Source: Eubacteriales bacterium (GTDB lineage Bacteria > Bacillota > Clostridia > Oscillospirales > CAG-272). From it: a stretch of DNA of 64,000 nucleotides. The DNA is taken from NCBI GenBank assembly GCA_041655935.1, contig JBBAEK010000003.1:45030-109029 (forward strand), given 5' to 3'. A program made the position numbers and the translations under genes. The notes below the pieces were generated by a model. The model saw nothing but the letters and a program-made list of their open reading frames with translations. It was not told the origin of the DNA and ran no database searches. Below, piece after piece: positions 19,221 to 29,505 of this stretch (the first letter of the stretch is position 1; each line of letters starts with the position of its first letter).

Positions 19221-20222
19221 ATGAAGCGTTTCTTAGCGTTGGTGGTCGGCTTCTGCTTGCTGGTGGCCCCCTGCTCTTTTTTTTGCGCCGCCACGGAAGA
19301 CTGTGATGAAAACCCTGATGAGGCCAGCTATATCAAGTGGGTGGACTTTGGCGTGTCCGCCAAGGCGCTCGCCGATACGGCGGCGGCGGATATTGCGCTG
19401 CACGAGAGCGACAGACCGCTTAGCTGGATTGAGATGCTGGCGTATTTAGCCGCGCGATATGGGGGCAAATTCGCTTCGTATCAAAAGGCAGACCTGACGG
19501 CCTACCTGGAGAAACGAAAAACCGAAACCCCCGAGACGCTGGTGAAAAACCGGAAACTGTATGATTATTACTATGAGGCGTATGAGGCGATTTTGAGCGG
19601 CCTGTTGGGGCCCTACTGGCTGGAGACGCTCGACGAGGCGGGTCATGCCCACCTGGAGCGTCAATACGGGGTCAAGGCCTTTCACCCCATTGCCCGGGGG
19701 TACTCGTTCAGTGAATACGACGATTTCGGCAACGCGCGCAACTACGGCTACCGCCGCAACCATCTCGGACACGATATGATGGGTTCCGTGGGGACACCGA
19801 TTATCGCGGTGGAAAGCGGCGTGGTGGAGGCGCTTGGCTGGAATCGGTTTGGCGGCTGGCGGGTGGGGATCCGCTCTTTTGACGGCAAGCGCTACTATTA
19901 CTATGCACACATGCGCAAAGGGCATCCCTATGCGGACATGTACGAGGGCAAAGTGGTGTCTGCGGGTGAGGTCATCGGTTACTTAGGCATGACCGGTTAC
20001 AGCAGTAAAAAGGATGTCAACAACATCAATGTGCCGCACCTGCATATCGGACTGCAACTGATTTTCAACCCCAAGCAAAAGGAAGGGGTCAACCAGGTAT
20101 GGGTGGATTTCCTGCCCCTGTCCTCCTTTTTATCCAAGTACCGCAACAAGGCGTATCAAAAACCGGACGGGAGCGATTTCACGGCAAAAACACGGGTGAT
20201 TGACCTGAATATGCCCGACTGA
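19221..20222 (+). CDS. Secreted M23-family metallopeptidase
   Basis: Signal peptide (MKRFLALVVGFCLLVAPCSFFCA). HxxxD (HLGHDM) and HxH (PHLHIG) LytM-type motifs. Confidence 0.85.
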   Translation: MKRFLALVVGFCLLVAPCSFFCAATEDCDENPDEASYIKWVDFGVSAKALADTAAADIALHESDRPLSWIEMLAYLAARYGGKFASYQKADLTAYLEKRKTETPETLVKNRKLYDYYYEAYEAILSGLLGPYWLETLDEAGHAHLERQYGVKAFHPIARGYSFSEYDDFGNARNYGYRRNHLGHDMMGSVGTPIIAVESGVVEALGWNRFGGWRVGIRSFDGKRYYYYAHMRKGHPYADMYEGKVVSAGEVIGYLGMTGYSSKKDVNNINVPHLHIGLQLIFNPKQKEGVNQVWVDFLPLSSFLSKYRNKAYQKPDGSDFTAKTRVIDLNMPD

Positions 20223-20300
20223 GGAGCAGAATTTTTCTCTTCTTTCTTGCTTTTTGAGCCGGCATATGGTATGCTGTTGCCATCAAAACGGAGGCTTGGC

Positions 20301-20738
20301 ATGAAAAGAATTGTCGCAGTTCTGAAAAACACCTGTCTGTTTTCGACCGTAGTGTTGCTGTTTTTTTATTCGTTTATGGCATTCTCTGAGCTGTCCGACC
20401 AGCTCTCACTCAACGCGAAGCAGTTCCTGGTGATTCTCCTTTTTGCGTTTGTCATTGCCGTTGCCAATGAATTGCTCGCTCTCTCTCCCCTGCCCCGCGC
20501 CCTTGGCGTGCTGCTGCACTACCTGGTGCTTGCCACCGCCTATTTTGTCCTTTTCCTGCTCTCGGGCAATATTAAGGTGCAGGGACCTGCCACCATCTTT
20601 GTGCACCTCGTGCTGTTCAGCCTGCTGTACGCCCTGTGCCGCGGGATTGGCTGGCTGTTTCGCAGACTGTCGGGTGATACGAAGCCCGCCGAAAAATCCG
20701 ACGAAAGCCGGGATGAGTACCGGCAGCGCTTTCAGTAA
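20301..20738 (+). CDS. Hypothetical 4-TM membrane protein
   Basis: ATG 20301 with GGAGG RBS. Four hydrophobic segments, no recognisable motif. Confidence 0.5.
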   Translation: MKRIVAVLKNTCLFSTVVLLFFYSFMAFSELSDQLSLNAKQFLVILLFAFVIAVANELLALSPLPRALGVLLHYLVLATAYFVLFLLSGNIKVQGPATIFVHLVLFSLLYALCRGIGWLFRRLSGDTKPAEKSDESRDEYRQRFQ

Positions 20739-20806
20739 TCCCTCTCCGACACGCTCCCCGTCCGCCGTCTCGGTTGCCCCGGGGAAAAAGCGCCCGCTTC
20801 TTTCCG

Positions 20807-20843
20807 CCGCCTGCTTGGGTATAAGCCCCTGCGGGCGGTTTTT
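20807..20843 (+). terminator. Rho-independent terminator
   Basis: Stem 20807-20814 / 20831-20838 (one G-T pair), followed by TTTTT. Confidence 0.4.
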
Positions 20844-20892
20844 CACTCTCAACAGAGATGGTCCGGGCCACCCCGATGTGAGCGGTTTCTGC

Positions 20893-20921
20893 TTGACAAA
20901 AAGGGCTCTCTGTGCTATGAT
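20893..20921 (+). promoter_or_regulatory. Sigma-A promoter of tRNA-Leu
   Basis: TTGACA (20893-20898), 17 nt, TATGAT (20916-20921), 10 nt before the tRNA 5' end. Confidence 0.6.
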
Positions 20922-20930
20922 GATGGACAT

Positions 20931-21013
<83 letters not shown>

Positions 21014-21079
21014 GAAGTCAGCGAAAATGACACTCTCATAACGAACAAACTTGTGTTCAGTGGATGTCGGGAGGTTTTG

Positions 21080-22222
21080 ATGTTCGCAATCAAAAACGGG
21101 AAAATCATTCTAAAGGACACCATCGTCCATCACAAGGCATTGCTGTATTCGGATAAAATCGAGGGGATTGTTGATGAAAATGACATTCCCGAGGGCTGTG
21201 AAATCATGGATGCCAAAGGGGGCTATGTGGCCCCAGGATTGATTGATTTGCATGTGCACGGCTATCTTGGCAAGGATGTGTGCGATGCCGACGAGGAAAG
21301 CATCAGGGTCATTTCCAAAGGTATTCTCGCCAACGGTATCACAGGATACCTTGCCACCACCATGACGGTTGATCTGCGCACCATACAAAAGTCACTGGAT
21401 GTTTGCCGTTCGCTGATGCATGAAAGCCTTGACTGGGACGGCGCCAGAATTCTCGGTGTGCATGCCGAAGGGCCGTTCATCTCCGCCTCCAAAAAGGGCG
21501 CGCAGGACCCAACGTATATCCTGAAACCGAATGCGGAATTTGTGAGGAAAAATGCGGATGTCATCAGGATTATTACCCTGGCGCCCGAAGAGGATACCGA
21601 GGATTTTGAGGCGATCCGAGAGATAGCCGGAAACACGGATGTAGTGGTGTCCATGGGACACACCTCCGCTGATTATGCAACTGCAATCAAGAGTATTGAC
21701 GCAGGGGTGAAACATGCGACTCACCTCTTTAATGCCATGTCGCCGCTGTCTCATCGGGCCCCCGGCGTGGTGGGCGCGGCACTGAACCGCGATATCAGCT
21801 GTGAGCTGATTGTCGACACTTTCCATGTTGACGCAAGTCTTTACAATATGGTTTACAAACTAAAGGGCAGAAAACTCTGCTTTATTACCGACTGTCTCCC
21901 TGCGGGAGGACTGCCCGAAGGAGAATACATGCTCGGCGGAGCCAAGGTCATTTATCGCGGTGTCGTTTGTCGTTTGGAGGACGGCACGATTGCGGGTAGC
22001 GTGCTTCACTTAAATCAGGGCATCTGGAATGCCTATCAGCACTCCGATATTCCGCTGTACGAATGTGTCAACTGTGCCTCTCTGAATCCTGCCACCACAC
22101 TTGGGATTCAACACAAAAAGGGCTCGCTGGAAGTGGGAAAAGACGCCGATATAATCATTTTAGATGAAGAATTCAATGTAAAAAATACGATTATCGGAGG
22201 GAAAATCAAGTATGAAGCTTAA
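21080..22222 (+). CDS. nagA: N-acetylglucosamine-6-phosphate deacetylase
   Basis: GLIDLHVHG metal motif, HAEGPF, MGHTSA, THLFNAM. The listed ORF start overlaps the tRNA; true ATG is 21080 with a GGGAGG RBS. Confidence 0.9.
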   Translation: MFAIKNGKIILKDTIVHHKALLYSDKIEGIVDENDIPEGCEIMDAKGGYVAPGLIDLHVHGYLGKDVCDADEESIRVISKGILANGITGYLATTMTVDLRTIQKSLDVCRSLMHESLDWDGARILGVHAEGPFISASKKGAQDPTYILKPNAEFVRKNADVIRIITLAPEEDTEDFEAIREIAGNTDVVVSMGHTSADYATAIKSIDAGVKHATHLFNAMSPLSHRAPGVVGAALNRDISCELIVDTFHVDASLYNMVYKLKGRKLCFITDCLPAGGLPEGEYMLGGAKVIYRGVVCRLEDGTIAGSVLHLNQGIWNAYQHSDIPLYECVNCASLNPATTLGIQHKKGSLEVGKDADIIILDEEFNVKNTIIGGKIKYEA

Positions 22223-23588
22223 AGTCAAAACGGCACTCGATACAGGCTTTATGCCCATGGCGCTCGTTTGCAGAGAAATGAGAGAGGGTACGAAAGAGAA
22301 CGGTCAAGACGTCCTGTTTTGTGTCGAAAGAAACCAGGGGTATCAAACCGTCTACAAAACAAGAATTTACAAGGACGGCACGGGGCACGACCAGGAAAAC
22401 TGCCGCTTCGCAGACAGAATTGTCAAAACGCTGCTTTGGTCGGCCGGCGGGTATCGGATCACCATCGTAGGCAGCGATGTCGTTTATCAGTACATCAAAA
22501 GCACTTTCTGTTACGGCGGCGCCAGAGAATTCGACGTTCGCTTTATGGAAAGAGTGTATGAGGATAAGTTTGAAGTCCTTTCCTCCGACCATGCGCACGC
22601 ACCCGAAAACAAATCCTCCGCCGCACCCGTAGGGCGGCACCTTGACGGTTGCCGCATAGGCTTTGATGCGGGCGGGTCCGACAGAAAAGTGTCTGCCGTG
22701 ATTGACGGTGAGTGCGTCTTTTCCGAGGAGGTTGTCTGGTTCCCGAAGATCAACTCCGACCCGAACTATCATTATGAGGGGATCCTGAACGCCTTCAAAA
22801 CCGCGGCCTCTCATCTGCCGAGGGTCGATGCGATCGGTGTGTCCAGTGCCGGTATCTATATTGACAACAAAATCATGGCGGCCTCGCTTTTCTTGCAAGT
22901 CAGCGATGAAGATTTCGCGAAGACAGTCAAAACCATGTATATAGACATCGCGCGCGAAATCGGCGACGACATTCCGCTCTTAGTGGCCAATGACGGCGAT
23001 GTGACGGCTCTTGCCGGTGCGATGAACCTGAATGAGAACGGCGTTTTAGGCATTGCCATGGGTACGTCCGAGGCGGCGGGCTATATCGATATGGACGGCA
23101 ACCTGACGGGCGGGCTGAATGAGCTTGCGTTTACTCCGTGTGACATCGGTGAAAATGCGCCGCTTGACGAATGGTCCGGGGACTATGGTTGCGGTGGGAA
23201 GTATTTCTCTCAGGACGGCGTCATTTTCCTGGCTCCCTATGCGCACATTGAGCTTGACGAAAACCTCTCCCCGGCCGAAAAGCTGAAGGCCGTACAAAAA
23301 TTGATGGCGCAGGGCGACCAAAGAGCCAGAGATATTTATGAAACGATCGGCGCCTATTTCGGCTACGCCATCGCATATTACAGCGAGTTCTATGACATCA
23401 AGCATGTGTTGGTGATGGGACGAGTCACCTCCGGCGAAGGCGGTGTGATCCTTTTGGCAAAAGCACAGGAAGTGCTCGATACAGAGTTCCCCGAGCTTGC
23501 AAAGAAAATTCAGCTGAACATTCCCGATGAAAAGGCAAGACGTGTCGGTCAGAGCGTGGCTGCCGCCAGTTTGCCGGAAATTAAGTAG
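22212..23588 (+). CDS. Atypical ROK-like ASKHA sugar kinase with an extra N-terminal region of about 150 aa
   Basis: RIGFDAGGSDRK (phosphate-1), LLVANDGDVTALAGA, GIAMGTSEAAGYID (phosphate-2/ROK-like), but no CxCGxxGC zinc motif. Start overlaps the nagA stop by 11 nt. Confidence 0.55.
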   Translation: MKLKVKTALDTGFMPMALVCREMREGTKENGQDVLFCVERNQGYQTVYKTRIYKDGTGHDQENCRFADRIVKTLLWSAGGYRITIVGSDVVYQYIKSTFCYGGAREFDVRFMERVYEDKFEVLSSDHAHAPENKSSAAPVGRHLDGCRIGFDAGGSDRKVSAVIDGECVFSEEVVWFPKINSDPNYHYEGILNAFKTAASHLPRVDAIGVSSAGIYIDNKIMAASLFLQVSDEDFAKTVKTMYIDIAREIGDDIPLLVANDGDVTALAGAMNLNENGVLGIAMGTSEAAGYIDMDGNLTGGLNELAFTPCDIGENAPLDEWSGDYGCGGKYFSQDGVIFLAPYAHIELDENLSPAEKLKAVQKLMAQGDQRARDIYETIGAYFGYAIAYYSEFYDIKHVLVMGRVTSGEGGVILLAKAQEVLDTEFPELAKKIQLNIPDEKARRVGQSVAAASLPEIK

Positions 23589-23654
23589 GTTTTCGCCATC
23601 TGACTGATCATGGCTCGAAAGAAGCTGCGAATCGTAGGTTGCGGGTAGCCATCA

Positions 23655-24149
23655 ATGAAAAAACTGTATTTGGTCGGCGGCACTATGGGTGTCGGGAAAA
23701 CAACGGTGTGTCAGCAACTGAAACGCAAATTGGACCGCAGTGTTTTTCTGGACGGGGACTGGTGCCGGGACGCGCATCCCTTTCAGGTCACCGAAGAAAC
23801 GAAATATATGGTCATGCGGAATATCTGCTTTTTGCTGAATCAGTTTATTCGCTGCTCCGCCTATGACCATATCGTCTTTTGCTGGGTCATGCATGAACAG
23901 TCCATCATTGACACCATCCTGAACAGCCTTGACCTGACCCAGTGCGAAGTGCGGTCGATTTCCTTGCTCTGTGATGAAAAGGACCTGCGCGCACGGCTGC
24001 AACAGGATATCAACGCCGGCAAAAGAACGCCGGACGTGATCGGCAGAAGTCTTGCCCGAGTTCCGCTGTACCGTCAGTTAAAAACGCTCAAGGTCGATAC
24101 CACCGGCAAGACCGTGCGCGAAATTGCTGACGAACTGGTTCGCATCTAA
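23655..24149 (+). CDS. Small P-loop NTPase/kinase-like protein (AAA_18/shikimate-kinase-like fold)
   Basis: Walker A GGTMGVGKTT at the N-terminus; 164 aa; no further motif recognised. Confidence 0.55.
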   Translation: MKKLYLVGGTMGVGKTTVCQQLKRKLDRSVFLDGDWCRDAHPFQVTEETKYMVMRNICFLLNQFIRCSAYDHIVFCWVMHEQSIIDTILNSLDLTQCEVRSISLLCDEKDLRARLQQDINAGKRTPDVIGRSLARVPLYRQLKTLKVDTTGKTVREIADELVRI

Positions 24150-24334
24150 CTTCCTGTTTTTGAATTCATACCGTTTTTATGGACGGCTTTGTCAAGTGGG
24201 TATGGGGCCTCCCCTTCCCTGCACCAAAACCGACGAGCAAAAGCGGGCTCCCGCGGTCATGCCGTTTTGGCCGCTGGAGCCCGTTTTATTTTTTGGGGAT
24301 ACACTGTCCCCTGCAACATTTTCTTGAAAACGTC

Positions 24335-24363
24335 TTGACAAAACACCGTCGGTTTGGTATACT
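24335..24363 (+). promoter_or_regulatory. Sigma-A promoter (extended -10) of the tRNA-Arg/tRNA-His pair
   Basis: TTGACA (24335-24340), 17 nt, TGGTATACT (24355-24363). Confidence 0.6.
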
Positions 24364-24382
24364 GAATACCGCTGTTGTGTTT

Positions 24383-24459
24383 GTACCTTTAGCTCAGTCG
24401 GATAGAGCAACTGCCTTCTAAGCAGTAGGTCGGGGGTTCGAATCCCTCAAGGTACGCCA
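24383..24459 (+). tRNA. tRNA-Arg (anticodon TCT), CCA encoded
   Basis: Acceptor GTACCTT/AAGGTAC. Anticodon loop CTTCTAA. T arm GGGGG-TTCGAAT-CCCTC. Confidence 0.9.
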
Positions 24460-24466
24460 TCATGAC

Positions 24467-24544
24467 GGAGGATGTAGCTCAGATGGTGGTAGCGTCAGGT
24501 TGTGGCCCTGAAGGTCGTGGGTTCGAGTCCCATCATTCTCCCCA
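24467..24544 (+). tRNA. tRNA-His (anticodon GTG) with genomically encoded G-1, CCA encoded
   Basis: Extra 5' G (24467) opposite discriminator C. Acceptor GAGGATG/CATTCTC. Anticodon arm TCAGG-TTGTGGC-CCTGA. Confidence 0.9.
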
Positions 24545-24552
24545 GAAAAAAA

Positions 24553-24583
24553 CCGGTTGGAAAAATCCAGCCGGTCTTTTTTT
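24553..24583. terminator. Bidirectional rho-independent terminator between tRNA-His (+) and clpC (-)
   Basis: Stem CCGGTTGG (24553-24560) / CCAGCCGG (24567-24574), flanked by an A-run upstream and a T-run downstream. Confidence 0.6.
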
Positions 24584-24608
24584 GTTCTTGAAACGCTGCG
24601 GGGCAAAG

Positions 24609-27083
24609 TTACTGAGGCTGTGCCAACGGCTCGGGCTTGGGTTCGGCGGTGTAGACCACTTTCCCGTCCTTGACGGACGCCAGCACCTCGGCGCCGGGGT
24701 GGATGCTGCCGCGCAGCATCTCGCCGGAAAAACTGTCCTCGACCATGTGGACAATGGCGCGGCGGAGCGGGCGGGCACCGTAGACAGGGTCAAAGCCCTG
24801 CTCTGTCACCAAATCAATGACCGACTCGTCAAAGGTCACGGTGATGCCCAGCTCGGAAATCCGCTTTTGCACCTCGGAGAGCATGTTTTTCGCAATGGCG
24901 TTGATGTGCGCCCTCTGCAGCTTGCGGAAGATGATGATCTCATCCAGACGGTTCAGGAATTCGGGGCGGAAGGTATTTTTCAGGGCGTCGGTCACCGCCT
25001 TGGCAGCCTTTTTCTCGGTTTCCTCCGCGGTCGTGTCGGGCGTCGAGAAGCCCAGTGTTTTCGGCTCGGCAATGCTGCCCGCCCCCACGTTGGAGGTCAT
25101 GATGAGCACCGTGTTTTTGAAGTCCACCCGCCGTCCCTGTGAGTCGGTCAGGATGCCGTCCTCAAAAATTTGCAGCAGGATGTTGAAGACATCGGGGTGC
25201 GCCTTTTCTATCTCGTCAAACAGCACGACCGAGTAGGGCTTGCGGCGGATGCGCTCGGTGAGCTGTCCGCCCTCCTCAAACCCGACATAGCCGGGCGGGG
25301 AGCCGATCAGCTTGGAGACGCTGTGCTTTTCCATATATTCAGACATATCCACACGCACCATGGCGTTTTCATCCCCGAACATCACGGCGGCGAGCGCCTT
25401 GGTCAGCTCGGTTTTGCCCACACCGGTGGGGCCTAAGAAGATGAAGGAACCGATGGGGCGGCGGGGATCCTTCAGACCCATTCTGCCGCGCTTGATGGCC
25501 TGCGCCAGCTTTTCCACCGCCTCGTCCTGGCCGATGATGCGCTCTTTCAGAATGCTGTCCAGGTTGGCAAGGCGCATGCCCTCCTCCTCCGCCAGTTTCT
25601 TGACGGGGATACCTGTCCACAGCGTCACCACCTCGGCAATGTCGTCGGCGGTCACCGTCCCCTCGATGCGCTCGGAGCGGGCATTCCAGTCGTTCTTTTT
25701 CGTCTCATATTCGGCGCGCAGCGCTTTCTCCTTGTCGCGAAGCCGGGCGGCATCCTCGAAGTTTTGCGCCTTGATGGCCTCCTCTTTTTCCCGCTCTGCC
25801 GCCTTAATGGCTTCCTCCAACTTGCGCACACCATCGGGAGAGGTGCAGTGCTGGATACGCAGTTTGGCGGCGGCCTCGTCCACCAGATCGATGGCCTTGT
25901 CGGGCAGGTAGCGGTCGTTGATGTAGCGGTGGGACAACTTGACCGACGCCTCGATGGCCTCGTCGGAAATTTTCAGCTTGTGGTGCGCCTCGTACTTGTC
26001 GCGCAGGCCGTAGAGGATTTTGATGGCCTCCTCGGGGGTGGGCTCGCCCACCATGACCGACTGGAAACGCCGCTCGAGTGCCGCGTCCTTTTCAATGTGC
26101 TTGCGGTATTCGCTGATGGTGGTGGCACCGATGACCTGCATCTCGCCGCGCGCCAGAGCCGGCTTGAGGATATTGGCGGCGTCCACCGCTCCCTCGGCCG
26201 CACCTGCGCCCACAATGGTATGAATTTCGTCAATGAACAGAATGATGGCGGGGTTTTTGACCACCTCCTCCATCACGCCTTTCAGGCGTTCCTCAAACTC
26301 GCCCCTGTACTTGGCGCCGGCGATCATCGCCGAGATGTCCAGCGTGACGATGAGCTTATCCTTGAGCAGGTCGGGGATGTTGCCGTCAACAATGCGCTGC
26401 GCCAGCCCCTCTACCACCGCCGTCTTGCCCACACCGGGCTCGCCGATGAGGCAGGGGTTGTTCTTGGTGCGGCGGCACAGGATCTGGATGAGGCGGGAGG
26501 TCTCCTCCTCACGGCCGATGATGGGGTCGATTTTCCCCCGACGCGCCGCGTCGGTCAGGTCACGGCCATAGTTGCCGAGGTTGGGCATGTCTGCCAGCGC
26601 CGCCGACTTGACGCGCTCGCTCCCCGTGTTCTGCTCCGCGCTGCCGGCATTGGTGGCGAGGAAAGTGGTCAGCTCGTTCCTCACCTCGCCGACATTGACC
26701 CCGAGCGAGTTCAGCAGTTTGACCGCCACACAGTCCCGCTCCTCCAAAATCGCCAGGAGCAGGTGCTCGGTGCCGATATAGCCCGAGGTGTTCTGCATGG
26801 ACAGGGCGGCGGAGCCCTCGATGATTTTTTTGGTGCGGGGGGTCATGTCGGTGGGGGAGATGTTGGTTTTGGTGCCCACACCGGTGATGCGGGCAATCGC
26901 CTCTTTGATTTTATTGACACTCACCCCGCGCGCCTCCAGCAGGCGGGAGGCGGTGCTGTCCGACTCCTCCGCCAACCCCAGCAAAATATGTTCGCTGCCG
27001 ATGTAGGTATGCCCGAACTCACTGGCGGCGCTCAAAGCGCGGTTCAGCGCATGTTGCGCTTTGGGTGTAAAACGATTGGTCAT
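24609..27083 (-). CDS. clpC: ATP-dependent Clp protease ATP-binding subunit ClpC
   Basis: Two Clp_N repeats ([13 protein letters not shown].. / [12 protein letters not shown]..), two AAA modules, UVR-like motif ([15 protein letters not shown]). AAGGAGG RBS. Confidence 0.93.
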   Translation of the reverse strand: MTNRFTPKAQHALNRALSAASEFGHTYIGSEHILLGLAEESDSTASRLLEARGVSVNKIKEAIARITGVGTKTNISPTDMTPRTKKIIEGSAALSMQNTSGYIGTEHLLLAILEERDCVAVKLLNSLGVNVGEVRNELTTFLATNAGSAEQNTGSERVKSAALADMPNLGNYGRDLTDAARRGKIDPIIGREEETSRLIQILCRRTKNNPCLIGEPGVGKTAVVEGLAQRIVDGNIPDLLKDKLIVTLDISAMIAGAKYRGEFEERLKGVMEEVVKNPAIILFIDEIHTIVGAGAAEGAVDAANILKPALARGEMQVIGATTISEYRKHIEKDAALERRFQSVMVGEPTPEEAIKILYGLRDKYEAHHKLKISDEAIEASVKLSHRYINDRYLPDKAIDLVDEAAAKLRIQHCTSPDGVRKLEEAIKAAEREKEEAIKAQNFEDAARLRDKEKALRAEYETKKNDWNARSERIEGTVTADDIAEVVTLWTGIPVKKLAEEEGMRLANLDSILKERIIGQDEAVEKLAQAIKRGRMGLKDPRRPIGSFIFLGPTGVGKTELTKALAAVMFGDENAMVRVDMSEYMEKHSVSKLIGSPPGYVGFEEGGQLTERIRRKPYSVVLFDEIEKAHPDVFNILLQIFEDGILTDSQGRRVDFKNTVLIMTSNVGAGSIAEPKTLGFSTPDTTAEETEKKAAKAVTDALKNTFRPEFLNRLDEIIIFRKLQRAHINAIAKNMLSEVQKRISELGITVTFDESVIDLVTEQGFDPVYGARPLRRAIVHMVEDSFSGEMLRGSIHPGAEVLASVKDGKVVYTAEPKPEPLAQPQ

Positions 27084-27179
27084 GAGATGATACCTCCTTG
27101 ATACGATGATAAGGCAGTCGCTTTGACTGCGTCAAACGTCCCCTTTGCAGCGGGCAAAGCTCACCAAAAGTGAGCATGT

Positions 27180-28205
27180 TTAGGGCGTTATCATTTTTCG
27201 GATGATTTGCGCCCGCGTGATGTCCCGCTGCATCTCGTCGGGCAACTTGTCGTCGGTGCGTCCGGACTGTTGCAGGGAGACGGTGGCGGGCATGGCCTCA
27301 AAAATCATTTTGTCCAATTTCACCAAATCCATATCGGTGCTCATCCCCAGCGCCAGCCCCAAGCGCAGGTCGGCGTAGAGCGGGATGCACTCACCGGAGG
27401 AGACCATCTCCGCATGGCGCAGCACTCCCTCCGCCCGTGCGGCGCGGTCCTTCAGCCGGATCTGCATAGGCTTGTCAAACGAGGCGCGGAGCTTGCGCTC
27501 CTGCTCGGCTATCTGCCGCACAATATCAATGACTTTGCGCAGGGTGTTGTCCTCGGTGATGCCCATGGTTTCCTGGTTTGAAATCTGGTACAGACTGCCC
27601 GACGCCCGCGACCCCTCGCCGCCCATGCCCCGAATCACCAACCCCACCTTTTGCAATTGGGTGCTGAGTGCTTCCATACGGTTCAGCAGGGTAAAGGCAG
27701 GTAAAAACATCATGACCGACACACGCATCCCCGTCCCTAAATTGGTCGGGCAATGGGTGAGGTAGCCCCACTTTTCATCAAAAGCAAAGGGGAGCTTGCG
27801 GCTGAGCATGGCCTCGGTTTCACTGACGGTTTTATAACACTCCCTGAGGGAGAGGCCGCCGGAGAGGCACTGGATGCGCAGGTGGTCCTCCTCGCAAATC
27901 ATCAGGGACAGCCCGGTTTGGTCTTGTAATACCAGGGCGTGCGGCGATTTTTTGACCGCAAACTCGCGGCTGATATAGTGCCGCTCGTAGTAGGAGAGCG
28001 CCTCTATGTCATTGATTTTGGACATATCAATGAATTTGTATGCATCCCCTGCCGGGAAGGCATCTCTTACGGCGGCAATGATCTCCTTGGCCTGCTCGGG
28101 CGACAGCTTCCCCTCAAAGGGAAAGTCCTCGAGGTTTCGTGCCAGCCGTACACGGCTGCTGACAAACACGTCCTTTTCCGGACCGCTGTGATCATACCAC
28201 GACAT
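27180..28205 (-). CDS. mcsB: Protein arginine kinase McsB
   Basis: Phosphagen-kinase-like core (SSRVRLARNL, CPTNLGTGMRVSVM). True ATG at 28205 (GGAGGTG RBS); the listed ORF is 62 codons too long. Confidence 0.9.
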   Translation of the reverse strand: MSWYDHSGPEKDVFVSSRVRLARNLEDFPFEGKLSPEQAKEIIAAVRDAFPAGDAYKFIDMSKINDIEALSYYERHYISREFAVKKSPHALVLQDQTGLSLMICEEDHLRIQCLSGGLSLRECYKTVSETEAMLSRKLPFAFDEKWGYLTHCPTNLGTGMRVSVMMFLPAFTLLNRMEALSTQLQKVGLVIRGMGGEGSRASGSLYQISNQETMGITEDNTLRKVIDIVRQIAEQERKLRASFDKPMQIRLKDRAARAEGVLRHAEMVSSGECIPLYADLRLGLALGMSTDMDLVKLDKMIFEAMPATVSLQQSGRTDDKLPDEMQRDITRAQIIRKMITP

Positions 28206-28206
28206 G

Positions 28207-28737
28207 TCATTCACCTCCGCTTTCCATGGTGCGTATCTGATCGCGCAACACGGCTGCTTTTTCATAATTTTCTTCTTTGATGGCTTCCTCCAGCTCTTTG
28301 CGAAGTTGGGTGAGCTTCTGTTTTGCCTTTTTGCTCTCGGAGGCACTCTCGGGCAGCTTGCCGACATGCGTCCGCCCACCGTGAATGGCATTGACGGTCG
28401 GGGTCAGCTCCTCCCTGAACGCCTCGTAGCAGTGCGGACAGCCGACACGGCCGGCCTTGGCAATGTCGGAAAAACGCATACCGCAGACATCGCATCGCAC
28501 CTCATGCGGCATCATTTTGGGCTGGTTGGCAAACAGAGAGGTAAAAATCCCCTCGTCGGTTAAAGCAAAGGGGAACGCAGACTGCTGGTACCACTGGGAC
28601 ACCGCGTCCTGAAACTCCCCGCTGTTTTGCAGCTCTTTGAGACACGCCGGACAAAGGGCGTATTTTTTCACTGCCCCGTTGATATTTTCCTCATAAAAGA
28701 AGGAGGCGGGGTTCTTTTGACAATGTTGGCACACCAT
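28207..28737 (-). CDS. mcsA: McsA, activator of McsB (zinc fingers + UVR motif)
   Basis: CQHCQ...CPACLKEL and CDVCG...CPHCYEAF zinc motifs. C-terminal UVR-like EENYEKAAVLRDQI. ATG 28737 with AAGGAG RBS. Confidence 0.85.
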   Translation of the reverse strand: MVCQHCQKNPASFFYEENINGAVKKYALCPACLKELQNSGEFQDAVSQWYQQSAFPFALTDEGIFTSLFANQPKMMPHEVRCDVCGMRFSDIAKAGRVGCPHCYEAFREELTPTVNAIHGGRTHVGKLPESASESKKAKQKLTQLRKELEEAIKEENYEKAAVLRDQIRTMESGGE

Positions 28738-28828
28738 AGCAAACTCCTTTCTCAATCATTCCTCTATAGACGCACAACTGTTTGATGAGACCGAAAATGG
28801 TGGGGCGGCACCGCCCTGCCCCCCGCGC

Positions 28829-29284
28829 TTAGCGCATCAGGGCGAGCATCATCTGTCTCATGAGCGACGCCCGCACCATATCCCGCAGCGCCTTGTCGGG
28901 GATGTCCGCCAGTGCGGTGTTTGACAGAGGGGCGCTCAGCACCCCGGCGACAGACGGCTCGACCACCCGCCTGTCCGCTAAACTGCGGAGAAAGGCATAG
29001 GCCTCCGCCTCGCTGAGAGAGTCCCCCACCGCCTGGAAAAAATGCATCAGGCATTCGTTCACGTGCATTTGCTTGCGCACGATGCGAATGTACCCGCCGC
29101 CGCCTCGCTGGCTCTCCACGATATACCCCTGCTGGGGGGTGAAACGCGACGTGATGACATAGCTAATCTGGCTGGGCGCACAGCCCAGTTCCTCTGCCAT
29201 ATCGTTGCGCTTGAGTTCAAGCACGCCTTGATTTTGCTCCAGCATCGTATGAATCAGTTTGGCAATGTAATCAGCAATCGACAC
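28829..29284 (-). CDS. ctsR: Class III stress-gene repressor CtsR
   Basis: SIADYIAKLIHTML...ELKRNDMAEELGCAPSQISYVITSRFTPQQGYIVESQRGGGGYIRI. GTG start. Confidence 0.9.
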   Translation of the reverse strand: MSIADYIAKLIHTMLEQNQGVLELKRNDMAEELGCAPSQISYVITSRFTPQQGYIVESQRGGGGYIRIVRKQMHVNECLMHFFQAVGDSLSEAEAYAFLRSLADRRVVEPSVAGVLSAPLSNTALADIPDKALRDMVRASLMRQMMLALMR

Positions 29285-29313
29285 GTGTTTTTACCTTCTT
29301 TGTTGTTGGCTTC

Positions 29314-29359
29314 ATTATACATTAAAAGTCAAAGAAAGTCAAAGTCAAAGAAAGTCAAA
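29314..29359 (-). promoter_or_regulatory. ctsR operon promoter overlapped by two tandem CtsR operators
   Basis: AGTCAAAGAAAGTCAAA occurs twice (29327-29343 and 29343-29359) and matches the RGTCAAA-NAN-RGTCAAA consensus exactly. On the minus strand: TTGACT (29337-29342), 17 nt, TATAAT (29314-29319). Confidence 0.8.
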
Positions 29360-29360
29360 T

Positions 29361-29404
29361 AAAAACGGGCATAACCAAGTACACTTAATTATGCCCGAAA
29401 AAAA
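29361..29404 (-). terminator. Terminator downstream of the peptidoglycan-binding gene cluster
   Basis: Stem CGGGCATAA (29366-29374) / TTATGCCCG (29389-29397), with A/T runs on both sides. Confidence 0.5.
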
Positions 29405-29505
29405 GGTGGTTTCCTCTCAAAATCATGGTTTTTCTTGATTTTTCAAAATCGGGGGCGCGCATTGGAAGGGCACGCCCACCGCCCTGTCTCCACAAGCCCC
29501 CGGCA

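Noticed and set aside
25764-27101. 445-aa + strand ORF
   Set aside because: Antisense to clpC. Same shadow-ORF reasoning.
29327-29359. Short tandem GTCAAA repeats considered as a mini CRISPR or satellite
   Set aside because: The period and sequence match the CtsR operator consensus exactly, and they sit on the ctsR promoter. There are no spacers and no cas genes.
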